Positions 9,227 through 19,312 are shown, numbered from the stretch's first letter. The stretch: 64,000 bases of DNA from Candidatus Omnitrophota bacterium (GCA_020429915.1 JAGQKV010000019.1:85727-149726); one strand, 5' to 3'. A program made the numbers and translations. The notes: a model not told the origin generated them from the letters alone.

Positions 9227-11581
9227 ATGAGCGAGATGGGAACCAAAATTCTGGAAAAGGCGAACATCTATGTCGGCCTGTTCGTGATCGGCGCGTTGTT
9301 CGGTCTTTTGATCTTTGTCTCGGGGGTTGAGATCAAGGACCTGGATCTGTGGTTGCACCTGGGCGTGGGCAAGTACATCATGCTGAGCGGATCGGTGCCG
9401 CAGGAGGATCTGTTTAATGTCGTGACCACCGGCCACTTCTGGAATAACCATGAGTGGCTGTTTCAACTTTTGGTGTGGAATGTCTTTTCGCAGTGGGGGG
9501 AGCAGGGCCTGTCGCAGATGCAGACGGTGGTGGTGACCTTCACGATGATGCTGCTGTTTTTTATCGGGTACAGCAAGGAGCGACAGTTCATCATGATCCT
9601 GTCGCTGATCTTCGTCTACTTCGTGTATATCTCGCGGTTTACCATCCGGCCGGACCTGTTCAGTCTGACTTTTTTTACGCTCTACATCTTTATTATGTCG
9701 CTGCACATCGACAAGCGTTGGTCGCTGCCGGCGCTGGTCATCGTGCAGGTCCTGTGGACGAATTTTCACGGGTTCTTTTTCTTCGGGCCGCTGTTTGTCC
9801 TGATCGGCCTGTTTTCGGAATGGATGAAACGTCACGTCAAGCTGCCGTGGGAGTGGAACCAGTCCGGCCGGTTGACCGACGAGGAGTACGGCCGGTTAAA
9901 GATCGCGCTGGTGCTGGTGTCGGTGGCGTGCCTGGCCAATCCCCAGGGCGTGGAAGGCGCGCTCTACCCGATCAAGGTATTCTTTTCGCTATCCGGCGGA
10001 GACAGCATCTTCTTCGATTATATCCAGGAACTCAAACCGCCCGTGGAATGGGGCGATTTCTTCGGCGGGGGAAATTACGCGTACTACAAGCTGATGATCA
10101 TCGTCTCGGCGCTCACTTTTTTCCTCAACCGGCGCCGGCTGGATATCAGCGCGTTGATTCTGTGGATTATCTTTCTGCTGTTTTCCCTGAAGGCGATTCG
10201 CAATATCTCGTTCTTCGCCTTTACCGCCTACCTGTGCATCATCTCCAACTGCTACTATCTGGCAGCCGCCGATGTAATCCCGCTGCGGTTCAACAGCAAA
10301 CGCTTCGTTTACATCACCGGCATTTTTTGCAAGATCCTGCTGCTCGGTTTTATCGCGGAGAATTACAACGTGATGGCCGAACGCGGGTATTACGACTTCG
10401 ACAAGTACCAACGCAAAAGCGAGTTCGGAGGCATCGCCAAGCGGACCTACCCGTCCGGGGTGGCGGACTTCATCATCGAGAACGGGATCAAGGCCAATAT
10501 CTTTAATGACTTCAATTCGGGCGCCTATTTGATCGGCCGCACCTTTCCCAATATCAAGGTGTTTATGGACGGCCGCACCGAACTGTACGGCGGAGAATTC
10601 TTCCGGCAGTATCTCAAGATTTGGGAGCAAGGCAATCCCGAGACCTTCGAGGCCATGGTCGCGAAATATAACCTGACCGGTGCCTTTCTTAATTCCTCCC
10701 GCGAGGATATTCCCAAGGAGATCATCAGATATCTCGATCGGCAGAAGGAATGGGTCCCGGTGTATTTTAATTCGGACGGGGTCTTCTTTTTGAAAGATGT
10801 CCCGGAACACCGCGCCATCATCGAGCGCTACGCGGTGGACTTCGAGAACTGGCAGCCGCCGTATACCGATTTGCTTAGGATGGGGATCGCCAAGGCCGAA
10901 CCTTATGAGCACAATTACCGGGCCTTCACGCTGGAAAGCATGGACTACGATGAAGCCGCGCTGCGCGAGGCCAAAGAGGCCCTGCGTATCAAGCCGAACT
11001 ATGCGGACCCGCTGAAACTGATCGGTAAGGTTTTTGCCAAACGCAAACAGTTCCGCTCGGCCTTTGAGGCGTTCCGGCACGCCTGCCTGTATGATCCCGG
11101 CAACAAAAAGCTGCGATACAATCTGGCGCTGTCGTATCTCGATATGTCGGAGTACGAGGGCGCAATTGCGGCGTACCGGGATATTCACGCGGCGTGGCCG
11201 ACCGATCCCAAGGCGGTTTTCTTTCTGTCCAAGGCCTATGCCTTTAACCGGCAGTATGACGAATCTTTGAAGATGTTCCAGGAGGCCGTAAAGATGGCCC
11301 CGGCCAGCGCGGGCGACGCGGTCAACATTGCCGATGTGATCTTCGCAGACGGCAAGTACGATACGGCCATTGAGATGTACCGGACGGCGCTGGATATCAA
11401 TGATAAATTACCCGCGGTCCATCGCAAAGTCGGCGAGGCCTATCGGGCGCTGGATCAGCCGGAACTGGCCGAAAAGCACCTGAAGCGGGCAGCCGAATTA
11501 AAACCTCCGGAAGACGAGGCCGCGGAAGACGCGGATGATTCTCCAGCGCCTGCTCCCGCTGTCGTGAACAGCGCTGAATAA
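9227..11581 (+). CDS. Large polytopic membrane protein with a C-terminal TPR array. Paralog 2 of the tandem pair, same putative GT-C-like family.
   Basis: 784 aa. Asp-rich loop VEIKDLDLWLHL. Same motif set as 7084-9219. Longer TPR region plus an acidic/Pro-Ala tail. Confidence 0.8.
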   Translation: MSEMGTKILEKANIYVGLFVIGALFGLLIFVSGVEIKDLDLWLHLGVGKYIMLSGSVPQEDLFNVVTTGHFWNNHEWLFQLLVWNVFSQWGEQGLSQMQTVVVTFTMMLLFFIGYSKERQFIMILSLIFVYFVYISRFTIRPDLFSLTFFTLYIFIMSLHIDKRWSLPALVIVQVLWTNFHGFFFFGPLFVLIGLFSEWMKRHVKLPWEWNQSGRLTDEEYGRLKIALVLVSVACLANPQGVEGALYPIKVFFSLSGGDSIFFDYIQELKPPVEWGDFFGGGNYAYYKLMIIVSALTFFLNRRRLDISALILWIIFLLFSLKAIRNISFFAFTAYLCIISNCYYLAAADVIPLRFNSKRFVYITGIFCKILLLGFIAENYNVMAERGYYDFDKYQRKSEFGGIAKRTYPSGVADFIIENGIKANIFNDFNSGAYLIGRTFPNIKVFMDGRTELYGGEFFRQYLKIWEQGNPETFEAMVAKYNLTGAFLNSSREDIPKEIIRYLDRQKEWVPVYFNSDGVFFLKDVPEHRAIIERYAVDFENWQPPYTDLLRMGIAKAEPYEHNYRAFTLESMDYDEAALREAKEALRIKPNYADPLKLIGKVFAKRKQFRSAFEAFRHACLYDPGNKKLRYNLALSYLDMSEYEGAIAAYRDIHAAWPTDPKAVFFLSKAYAFNRQYDESLKMFQEAVKMAPASAGDAVNIADVIFADGKYDTAIEMYRTALDINDKLPAVHRKVGEAYRALDQPELAEKHLKRAAELKPPEDEAAEDADDSPAPAPAVVNSAE

Positions 11582-11586
11582 CAATA

Positions 11587-11615
11587 TTGAAAAAGGCCGG
11601 CGCGCGGCTTATAAT
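11587..11615 (+). promoter_or_regulatory. Near-consensus sigma-70 promoter upstream of glgC.
   Basis: TTGAAA (11587-11592), 17-nt spacer, TATAAT (11610-11615), about 30 nt before the glgC ATG. Confidence 0.5.
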
Positions 11616-11645
11616 ACGATTTTTAAATTTTAATCCCACGACACC

Positions 11646-12851
11646 ATGCGCGAGATACTGACATTCATCCTGGCCGGCGGGCGCGGCGAACGCCTGGACC
11701 CCCTGACGCGGGACCGGGCCAAACCGGCGGTGCCGTTCGGCGGCATCTACCGGATCATCGACTTCACTCTGAGTAATTGCGTAAACTCAGGTATGCGAAG
11801 GATTTATGTGTTAACGCAGTACAAATCCTTTTCGCTGCAAAAGCATCTGCTCTCCGGCTGGGATATTGTGTCCAACCAGCTGGGCGAATTTATCGATGTT
11901 ATCCCGGCCCAGCAACGGATCGGGCAGGACTGGTATCGCGGGACGGCCGACGCGATTTATCAGAACAATTACGCGATCAAGGACCTCAATCCGGACCTGA
12001 TCCTGATTCTGGCGGGCGACCACATTTACAAAATGGACTACCGGGAGATGGTCAATTACCATCAGGCCAAAGGTGCAGATATGACCTTGGCCTGTATCCC
12101 GATGCCCAAGGAGACGGCCCGTGACTTCGGCGTGATTCAGGTCGACAAAGATAATCATGTGCGCGGATTTCAGGAGAAGCCGGACAAACCCAAGACGATT
12201 CCCGGCCGGCCGCAGGAGATTTATGCCTCGATGGGCATCTACCTGTTCAGTCGCAGCGCGCTGGACGCGGAGCTGGCTGTTGATGCCAAGAATAAAGACA
12301 GCCAGCATGACTTCGGCAAAAACATCGTGCCGCAGATGCTGGCGAATAAGCGCAAGATCTACGTCTATAATTTCACCGACGAAAAGAACCGCCCGCGATA
12401 CTGGCGCGACATCGGGACCCGGGACGCCTATTATCAGGCCAATATGGATTTGTTGCGGACCCGGCCGCCGTTCAATCTTTACGACCGCGGTTGGCCGGTC
12501 AGGACTTTTCACGAACAGTATCCGCCGATCATGACGATGAGCACGCGTTCGCACGACAGCTCGATTATCAATTCGATGATCTCCGGCGGGTGTATGCTCC
12601 AGGGGGCCAAGGTCGAGAATTCCGTTCTGTCGCCGAACGTCCGGATCGAGGCCGGCGCGCATGTCAAGAATTCGATCATTATGGAGAGCGTCACTATCGG
12701 CCGTAATGCCGTGATTCACAACGCGATTATCGACAAGGAAGTCAATATCCCGGGACGCATGCAAGTCGGTGTGGACCGCAAGGCGGATGAAAAGAACTTT
12801 ATCCTGACGACCTCCGGGATCGTCATCGCTTTGAAACGACAGAAGCTGTAA
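11646..12851 (+). CDS. glgC: Glucose-1-phosphate adenylyltransferase.
   Basis: 401 aa. N-terminus ILAGGRGERLDPLTRDRAKPAVPFGGIYRIIDFTLSNCVNSG plus a C-terminal left-handed beta-helix. Classic GlgC. Confidence 0.92.
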   Translation: MREILTFILAGGRGERLDPLTRDRAKPAVPFGGIYRIIDFTLSNCVNSGMRRIYVLTQYKSFSLQKHLLSGWDIVSNQLGEFIDVIPAQQRIGQDWYRGTADAIYQNNYAIKDLNPDLILILAGDHIYKMDYREMVNYHQAKGADMTLACIPMPKETARDFGVIQVDKDNHVRGFQEKPDKPKTIPGRPQEIYASMGIYLFSRSALDAELAVDAKNKDSQHDFGKNIVPQMLANKRKIYVYNFTDEKNRPRYWRDIGTRDAYYQANMDLLRTRPPFNLYDRGWPVRTFHEQYPPIMTMSTRSHDSSIINSMISGGCMLQGAKVENSVLSPNVRIEAGAHVKNSIIMESVTIGRNAVIHNAIIDKEVNIPGRMQVGVDRKADEKNFILTTSGIVIALKRQKL

Positions 12852-12867
12852 ACGAAAGAGGAACACC

Positions 12868-14076
12868 ATGATTGTGAAACCGAAGATTCGGGGCTTTATT
12901 TGCACCACCGCGCATCCGGTCGGCTGCGCGCACAATGTCCAACGACAAATCGACTATGTCCTCGGGCACGGTCCGATCAAAGACGGACCCAAGAAGGTGC
13001 TGGTCTTGGGGGCGTCCACGGGTTACGGTTTGGCATCACGGATCGTCGCGGCGTTCGGTTCCCGCGCTGAGACGGTGGGTGTCTTTTTCGAGAAGGAAGC
13101 CGACGGCAAGCGCACGGCCACGGCCGGATACTATAACTCCGTCGCGCTGGAAGAAAAGATTCTGGCCGAGGGGCTGTATACCCGCAGCGTCAACGGCGAT
13201 GCATTTTCCGACGAAGTCAAACAGCAGGTGGTCGAGATCCTCAAGAGGGATGTCGGCCCGGTCGATCTGGTTGTCTACAGTGTCGCCGCGCCGCGCCGTG
13301 TTCATCCGCGCACCGGCAAGGTCAGCAAGTCGGTGCTCAAACCGGTGGGAAGAGGATATACCAACAAGTCGATCGATATGCAGAATGCCGCCCTCGAAGA
13401 GGTAACGTTGCCGGCCGCCACGGAGGAAGAAATCGAACAGACGGTGGCCGTGATGGGCGGAGAGGACTGGCACTACTGGATCGACATTCTGGAGGAAAAC
13501 GGTCTGCTCGCCGACGGGGTCACGACCGTGGCATATTCTTACATCGGCCCCGAGGTCACGCAGGGTGTCTACCGCAACGGGACGATCGGCAGAGCCAAGG
13601 ATCATCTCGAGCGCACTGCCAATGAGCTCGACGCGCGACTGAAGAAAATCAACGGCCGCGCGCTGATCTCCGTCAACAAGGCCCTGGTCACCCAGTCTTC
13701 CTCGGCCATTCCCTTTATTCCGCTCTACTTCGTCATCCTCAGCAAGGTCATGAAAGAAAAGGGCCTGGAGGAAGACACGGTCATGCAGATCGACCGCCTG
13801 TTCCGCGATTTTCTTTACAGCGGTGAGCCGCCCGCCACCGATGAAGCCGGCTTCATTCGGCTGGACGACCGGGAATTGCGTGATGATGTCCAGGCGATCG
13901 TCAACGAACGTTGGGACCAGCTCACCCAGGAGACGCTCAGCGGCCTGGCCGACCTGGAGGGCTACCAATCCGACTTTTTGCGGTTGTTCGGTTTCGGCCT
14001 GCCCGGTGTCGACTATGACGCGGACGTCGACGTCGGCCGCACCCTGCCGTCCTTAAAAGAATCCCCCGCATCTTAA
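12868..14076 (+). CDS. fabV: trans-2-enoyl-ACP/CoA reductase, FabV/TER family.
   Basis: 402 aa. N-terminus MIVKPKIRGFICTTAHPVGCAHNVQRQIDYV and GASTGYGLASRI match the FabV hallmark. Confidence 0.88.
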   Translation: MIVKPKIRGFICTTAHPVGCAHNVQRQIDYVLGHGPIKDGPKKVLVLGASTGYGLASRIVAAFGSRAETVGVFFEKEADGKRTATAGYYNSVALEEKILAEGLYTRSVNGDAFSDEVKQQVVEILKRDVGPVDLVVYSVAAPRRVHPRTGKVSKSVLKPVGRGYTNKSIDMQNAALEEVTLPAATEEEIEQTVAVMGGEDWHYWIDILEENGLLADGVTTVAYSYIGPEVTQGVYRNGTIGRAKDHLERTANELDARLKKINGRALISVNKALVTQSSSAIPFIPLYFVILSKVMKEKGLEEDTVMQIDRLFRDFLYSGEPPATDEAGFIRLDDRELRDDVQAIVNERWDQLTQETLSGLADLEGYQSDFLRLFGFGLPGVDYDADVDVGRTLPSLKESPAS

Positions 14077-14333
14077 CCCACCTTTATCCCGGCCCGGCCG
14101 GTGTTTTTCGGTAATGGCAGAGAATGTCAAAATGTGCGCGAGATTGACGTAATTCTCCTGCAATTGCCGCAATTTTGGGCAATCCGTCATAAAATACAGA
14201 ATTTTTAGGCATTTAGAAAAAACCGATTATATGATTGACAAGGCACAGGGTCGATAATAAAGTGGTTAAGTATTTCCGAAAATGCTTAACCCCCCTAAAA
14301 TGAGCTATTTATAAAATGTCAGAGCAGGAAATC

Positions 14334-14483
14334 ATGACAATTGACGAGGTGGCGGATTATCTGCGCGTTAAAAAGCGCACCATCTACGAATGGCTCAAAA
14401 AGGGGAAGATTCCGGCTATTAAAACGGTCGGGCAGTGGCGTTTCAAGAAATCGAAAATCGATGACTGGCTCGAAAGCCAGTAA
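14334..14483 (+). CDS. Small helix-turn-helix (excisionase/HTH_17-type) DNA-binding protein.
   Basis: 50 aa MTIDEVADYLRVKKRTIYEWLKKGKIPAIKTVGQWRFKKSKIDDWLESQ. Below the 60-aa cutoff of the supplied ORF track. Lies immediately upstream of acpP. Confidence 0.55.
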   Translation: MTIDEVADYLRVKKRTIYEWLKKGKIPAIKTVGQWRFKKSKIDDWLESQ

Positions 14484-14499
14484 CACGAGGAAGGCAGCT

Positions 14500-14760
14500 A
14501 TGGCACACCCAGAAGATAACGCTAACGTGGAAGCACAGATCCGGGCATTGGTGGCGGAAATATTGGAAGAAGAGCCTGAGTCGATCAAGAATGATGCACA
14601 TTTTGTCAAGGACCTGGGCATGGATTCCATGATGGCGCTCGAGATACTGGCGAGCATCGAAAAGATGTACCGGATCGCTATTCCCGAAGAATCGCTGACT
14701 AAATTCACCAATCTCAATGAGACGGTCAAGGTCGTCTCGGAGATCTTGGCGGATAAATGA
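14500..14760 (+). CDS. acpP: Acyl carrier protein.
   Basis: 86 aa from the ATG preceded by GAGGAAGG. DLGMDSM phosphopantetheine-attachment motif. The track ORF 14341-14760 is an upstream out-of-context extension of this frame. Confidence 0.85.
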   Translation: MAHPEDNANVEAQIRALVAEILEEEPESIKNDAHFVKDLGMDSMMALEILASIEKMYRIAIPEESLTKFTNLNETVKVVSEILADK

Positions 14761-14783
14761 CGTGCCCCGGCACATAAGGGAGT

Positions 14784-17700
14784 TTGCCCATGTATTTTAA
14801 GAAGTTGGAAATTTTCGGCTTCAAGTCTTTTGCCGAGAAGACCGTCCTTAACTTCGAAGAAGGGATCACCGCTATCGTCGGGCCCAACGGCTGCGGCAAG
14901 AGTAACGTGTTCGATTCTATCCGGTGGGTTCTCGGTGAGCAGAGCATCAAACAGCTGCGCGGGTCCTCCAAGGAAGACATTATATTTAACGGCACGCAAA
15001 GCAAACCCGCCCTCAGCATGGCCGAGGTCAGTCTGACATTCTCCAACCAATCACGTGCCCTGCCGATCGAGTATGACGAGGTGACCGTGACCCGCAAGCT
15101 CTTCCGTTCAGGTGAGAGCGAGTACCTCCTTAATAAGACCCAGGTCCGTTTAAAAGACATTCAGGAATTGTTCATGGGGACCGGTATAGGATCGGCGGCC
15201 TATTCACTGATCCCCCAGGGGAAAGTGGACCTGGTCGTCAGCGCCAAACCGGAGGAACGTCGCTCGATTTTCGACGAAGCGTCCGGGATTACCAAGTACA
15301 AGGCCAAGAAAAAGGAGGCCCTGAACAAGCTCAAGGCGACCGAAGACAATCTCCTGCGCGTCAACGATATCGTCACGGAAGTCAAGCGCCAGATCACGTC
15401 CTGCGAACGCCAGGCCAACAAGGCCCGCAAATACAAAGAGGAATTCGAAAAGCTCAAGGATCTGGAATTCCGCATGGCCCGTTTTCAGATGAGCCAGTAC
15501 ACCGGCAAGAAAGAGCGGTTGACGCAAAAGATCCGGCAGCATCAGCGCCGGCTCGAGGAGCTGACCGTACAGCATGAGCAGGCCGCCCAGGCCCTTTCCC
15601 GCGAGATCAACGTGCTCAGCGAAGTGGAACAGCAGATCAACGATATCAATGCCCGGCAGATCAAGCTCGACGGTCAAATTGACATCAACAACCGTCAGAT
15701 CGGTTTCAATCACGAACGGATCGAAACCCTTACTCAGACCGGAATCCGCCAACGGGAACAGAAGGAACAACTCATCGAACGCTGCCGGCAGCAACAGGAG
15801 AAGATTGAAGGATACCGTCAGGCGTTGGAAAAGTTACAGGCCGCCAGCCTCACCAACAAAGAACGGCTGCGGCAGAAACGCGACGAATTGGCTGCGCTGG
15901 AATCGTTGATCGAAGAGGCCCGCCAGCGGATCACCGACGATGAGGACAAAATCCTGTCCTTCATGGCGCATCAGGAACGCGTGCGCGACAATCTTACCGA
16001 GGTGATGAAGACGGTCCAGAATTGTCTGGCCCGCAAGAAACGTCTCGAACTCGAACTCGAGAAGGTGTCGCAGGAAAAACAGGAATGCGATCAGCGTCTG
16101 CAAAACATCGGCTATCAGATCAATACCATCGAAGGCAGTATTCACGATCTGCGGGCCGAACGGGTCAAGAAGGAAGAGGTCATCACGCATCTCAAGGAAC
16201 GTCTGCGGCATACCAACGATACCATCAACTCAAAAGAGAAGGAAAGCGTCTTTCTCAAGTCGCAGAAGGCATTTATTCAGCAGATGACCACCCAGTACAA
16301 AGGGATGCCGAACCCGATCATGGAAGGGCGGATGATCGTCGACAGCAAGCCGCAGCAAAACCATTCGGGGATCATCGGAAAGGTTACGGAGGTGGTGCCG
16401 CTGGAGCAGACGATTCCCACTTTATTTGAATTCCGCAAACAGCCGGCGCCCAAACCTAAATATGAAATCACCTGCGAGTTCAAGTTTGTGGAACTCGATC
16501 AGCAAAAACTGATTGACCGTATCGAGTCGATCCAGACGGAAATAACCGACCTGCTGCGCCAAAAGAACGAGTTGGAGGAAATCCTGAACGTCGAGCAGGA
16601 AGTTCTGCAGGAATTCGGCGACGAGATATTTGCGAAGGAAAAGACGCGCTCCATCCTCGAGGCCCAGAAAGACGATATCTCCGCCGGCGCCCGCAAGTTA
16701 TTGGACGAACTTTCCATCGTGGACCAGGAAACGGTGGAGGTGGAGCAGACCCTCACCGACGCTAAGGCCAAGGAACAAGAATTCACCTTCGAGCTGGAAA
16801 CGATCAACCAGGAAATCGAGTGGTGTCAGAACGATATCAAGGAAAAGCAGCGTGCCATTAATACCCGGGCCCAGGAACGCGAGAACGTCAGCGTGACCAT
16901 CGCCCAGATTGAGACCGAGGTCCAGTCGGAACAAGAGAAGATCAACGACCAGCAGGACAATTTACGCATGTTCAGTGAGGCGCTCGACAACTGGTTGGAG
17001 GAGATCCAGAAAATCGACGAAGATCTCACCAAGCATGATTCCAAACACCAGGAATATCAGCGCGAAATCGAAGAATTGACGGCGAAGATTCAGCAATTGC
17101 GGACGGAGAAGGATTCGACGGAGGAAGTGTTGCGCGATTGCCGCTCCCGCAAGGAGGAACTGACCGGCCGCATCAAAGAGATTCGCGGCCAGTTAACTGC
17201 TGCCGAAGACGAACTGGAAACCATCAAGCGCTCGCTGCATGAGATGCAGATGGAGGCGCAGGAACTGGAATTTTCCGAGAAAGGGATCAAGGACCGGCTG
17301 TTGCAGTCCTATCGTATCGACTACGATGAGATGCTGGCCGGACTTCCCGCCAACGATTCCGAGGAAAATCCGTTCAACCCCGAGCAGGCCGAGACGGAGC
17401 TGACCGGCTTGCGCAAGCGTTGTGAATCCTTCGGCAACGTCAACCTCGACGCGATGGATGAATATGAAGGATTGAAGGAACGTTATGAATTTCTCACCCA
17501 GCAGCAGGCCGATCTTCTGGAGGCCAAATCGCAGCTGCTGAGCACCATCAGCAAGATTAACCGCTCGACACGGCAAATGTTCATGGATACGTTCAACAAG
17601 GTCAGCGAAGAGTTCCGGATCTACTTCCGCATGTTATTCGGCGGCGGAGAGGCCCAGCTGATTTTGCTCGATCCGGAAAACGTGCTTGAGTCGGGCATCG

Positions 17701-18068
17701 ACATTATCGCCCGGCCTCCGGGCAAGAAGTTGCAGAACATCAGCCTGCTGTCCGGGGGAGAGAAAACCTTGACGGCGATCGCGCTGATCTTCGGCGTCTT
17801 CAAAGTCAATCCGTCCCCCTTCTGCGTACTGGACGAAATCGATGCCGCGCTGGACGAGTCCAATGTCGGCCGCTTCAGCTATCTGCTGCAGGAATTCGCC
17901 AAGATCGCTCAATTCATTGTCATTACCCACAATAAGAAAACCATCGCCAGTTCGGATGTCATGTACGGCATTACGATGCCGGATACGGGAATATCCAAGG
18001 TGGTTTCCGTAAAATTCGCTGAGGACGAGAAGAAGCCGCAGACGGCCGCGGAAGCAGCCGCCGTTTAA
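14784..18068 (+). CDS. smc: Chromosome segregation protein SMC.
   Basis: 1094 aa. N-terminal Walker A GPNGCGKSN, long coiled coils, C-terminal LSGGEKTLTAIALIFGVF...CVLDEIDAALDE signature. Confidence 0.9.
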   Translation: MPMYFKKLEIFGFKSFAEKTVLNFEEGITAIVGPNGCGKSNVFDSIRWVLGEQSIKQLRGSSKEDIIFNGTQSKPALSMAEVSLTFSNQSRALPIEYDEVTVTRKLFRSGESEYLLNKTQVRLKDIQELFMGTGIGSAAYSLIPQGKVDLVVSAKPEERRSIFDEASGITKYKAKKKEALNKLKATEDNLLRVNDIVTEVKRQITSCERQANKARKYKEEFEKLKDLEFRMARFQMSQYTGKKERLTQKIRQHQRRLEELTVQHEQAAQALSREINVLSEVEQQINDINARQIKLDGQIDINNRQIGFNHERIETLTQTGIRQREQKEQLIERCRQQQEKIEGYRQALEKLQAASLTNKERLRQKRDELAALESLIEEARQRITDDEDKILSFMAHQERVRDNLTEVMKTVQNCLARKKRLELELEKVSQEKQECDQRLQNIGYQINTIEGSIHDLRAERVKKEEVITHLKERLRHTNDTINSKEKESVFLKSQKAFIQQMTTQYKGMPNPIMEGRMIVDSKPQQNHSGIIGKVTEVVPLEQTIPTLFEFRKQPAPKPKYEITCEFKFVELDQQKLIDRIESIQTEITDLLRQKNELEEILNVEQEVLQEFGDEIFAKEKTRSILEAQKDDISAGARKLLDELSIVDQETVEVEQTLTDAKAKEQEFTFELETINQEIEWCQNDIKEKQRAINTRAQERENVSVTIAQIETEVQSEQEKINDQQDNLRMFSEALDNWLEEIQKIDEDLTKHDSKHQEYQREIEELTAKIQQLRTEKDSTEEVLRDCRSRKEELTGRIKEIRGQLTAAEDELETIKRSLHEMQMEAQELEFSEKGIKDRLLQSYRIDYDEMLAGLPANDSEENPFNPEQAETELTGLRKRCESFGNVNLDAMDEYEGLKERYEFLTQQQADLLEAKSQLLSTISKINRSTRQMFMDTFNKVSEEFRIYFRMLFGGGEAQLILLDPENVLESGIDIIARPPGKKLQNISLLSGGEKTLTAIALIFGVFKVNPSPFCVLDEIDAALDESNVGRFSYLLQEFAKIAQFIVITHNKKTIASSDVMYGITMPDTGISKVVSVKFAEDEKKPQTAAEAAAV

Positions 18069-19312
18069 GGCAGGCAGGTCCGGTTCTTTCCGGAGAATTT
18101 AGCGACGTACATTGCCTTGTCGGCCATGCCGATCAGTTCGGCTTTATCGGCCGCGTCGTCGGGGAATGTGGCGACGCCCATGCTGGCCGTGACGGTCATA
18201 CCGTTGGGAAGCAGACCGACTTGGTGTGATTCGATATTTTTGCGCAGACGTTCGGCAATCGTGAAGGCTTGTTTGCGGCTGGTGTTGGTCAGAATGATAC
18301 CGAACTCCTCGCCGCCGTACCGGCAGACGAAATCGATGTCCCGGGATGACTTTTTCAGGACTCCGGCCACTTCCTTTAAAACGCAGTCGCCGGTCTGGTG
18401 GCCGAAGCTGTCATTCAGCATTTTAAAATCATCCAGGTCCAGAATGACCAGGCTGACCGTTTGGTGATTGCGTTTGGCCTGTTCGATCGCCGCGTTCAAC
18501 CGATCCTGAAAGAACCCGTGGTTGTAGACTTCCGTGAGCGAGTCCGTGTAGCTTTTATGTTTGATGCGTTCGTAGAGCTGTGAATTCTCGATCGCCAGGC
18601 CGGCCTGGTTGCACAGCATGGTAAACATTTTGATATCGTCTTCGTTGACCGGCCGGCGCGTAAAGTGATTGTCGGCCACGATGACCCCGTTGACCGTGTC
18701 TTTGGCCTTCAGCGGCATCACCACCAGCTCCTGTGATTTAAGTTTTTCCAGGAGCGGATCCTCGGCATACTGCTGCAGCTCATCGTCGCCCAGATGGACA
18801 GGTGCCCCGAAATGATAGACGTATGCCAGGAGGTTATTTTTCTCGGTGGTGAGGGGGATCTTGAGTTCTTTGACCGCCTGAAAGAGGGACGAGTGGGCGC
18901 GTTGGCCGCGCGCGTCCTCGGCGATCAGATCGTCGAGTTGATAATTTTGTTCGGCTATGTATTTCCAAATTTTTTGCGCGTGTTCCAGGGAGTCCGGGCC
19001 CAAAGCCACCTTGGGTTCCAGGCAGCGTTCCTTGCTATTGACCAAGTAAAGGATGGCGCGGTTGAAGCCCAGTCCGTCATGCGACGTCACGCTGGTGAGG
19101 ATAATATAGAGGATGGACTCCAGTTCCAGGGTGGTGCGCATGGCGTTGCTGATCTCGTAGAGCATTTTGAGATCATGCTGAGCGCGGGCTAACTTATCGT
19201 TATATGCGGGTGTAGTTTCCATAAAATCGCCCATTCCGGTCAATATTTTACAGTTGGCGGCCAAAAAATGCCAGTTTGAACTGACTTTTTTTAATGACTT
19301 AAAAGGTAACAT
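18065..19312 (-). CDS. GAF-domain diguanylate cyclase (GGDEF; motif GGEEF).
   Basis: 415 aa. C-terminal RYGGEEFGIIL with DDFKMLND. N-terminal GAF-like region. The only confident minus-strand gene. Its 3' end overlaps the smc stop by 4 nt. Confidence 0.85.
   Translation of the reverse strand: MLPFKSLKKVSSNWHFLAANCKILTGMGDFMETTPAYNDKLARAQHDLKMLYEISNAMRTTLELESILYIILTSVTSHDGLGFNRAILYLVNSKERCLEPKVALGPDSLEHAQKIWKYIAEQNYQLDDLIAEDARGQRAHSSLFQAVKELKIPLTTEKNNLLAYVYHFGAPVHLGDDELQQYAEDPLLEKLKSQELVVMPLKAKDTVNGVIVADNHFTRRPVNEDDIKMFTMLCNQAGLAIENSQLYERIKHKSYTDSLTEVYNHGFFQDRLNAAIEQAKRNHQTVSLVILDLDDFKMLNDSFGHQTGDCVLKEVAGVLKKSSRDIDFVCRYGGEEFGIILTNTSRKQAFTIAERLRKNIESHQVGLLPNGMTVTASMGVATFPDDAADKAELIGMADKAMYVAKFSGKNRTCLP

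Noticed and set aside
14341-14499. N-terminal part of the track ORF 14341-14760 (139 aa).
   Set aside because: Only the last 86 aa (from the ATG at 14500 with a GAGGAAGG RBS) form the acyl carrier protein. The upstream portion is out-of-frame overlap with the real 50-aa HTH gene and has an Arg/Ser-rich nonsense composition.
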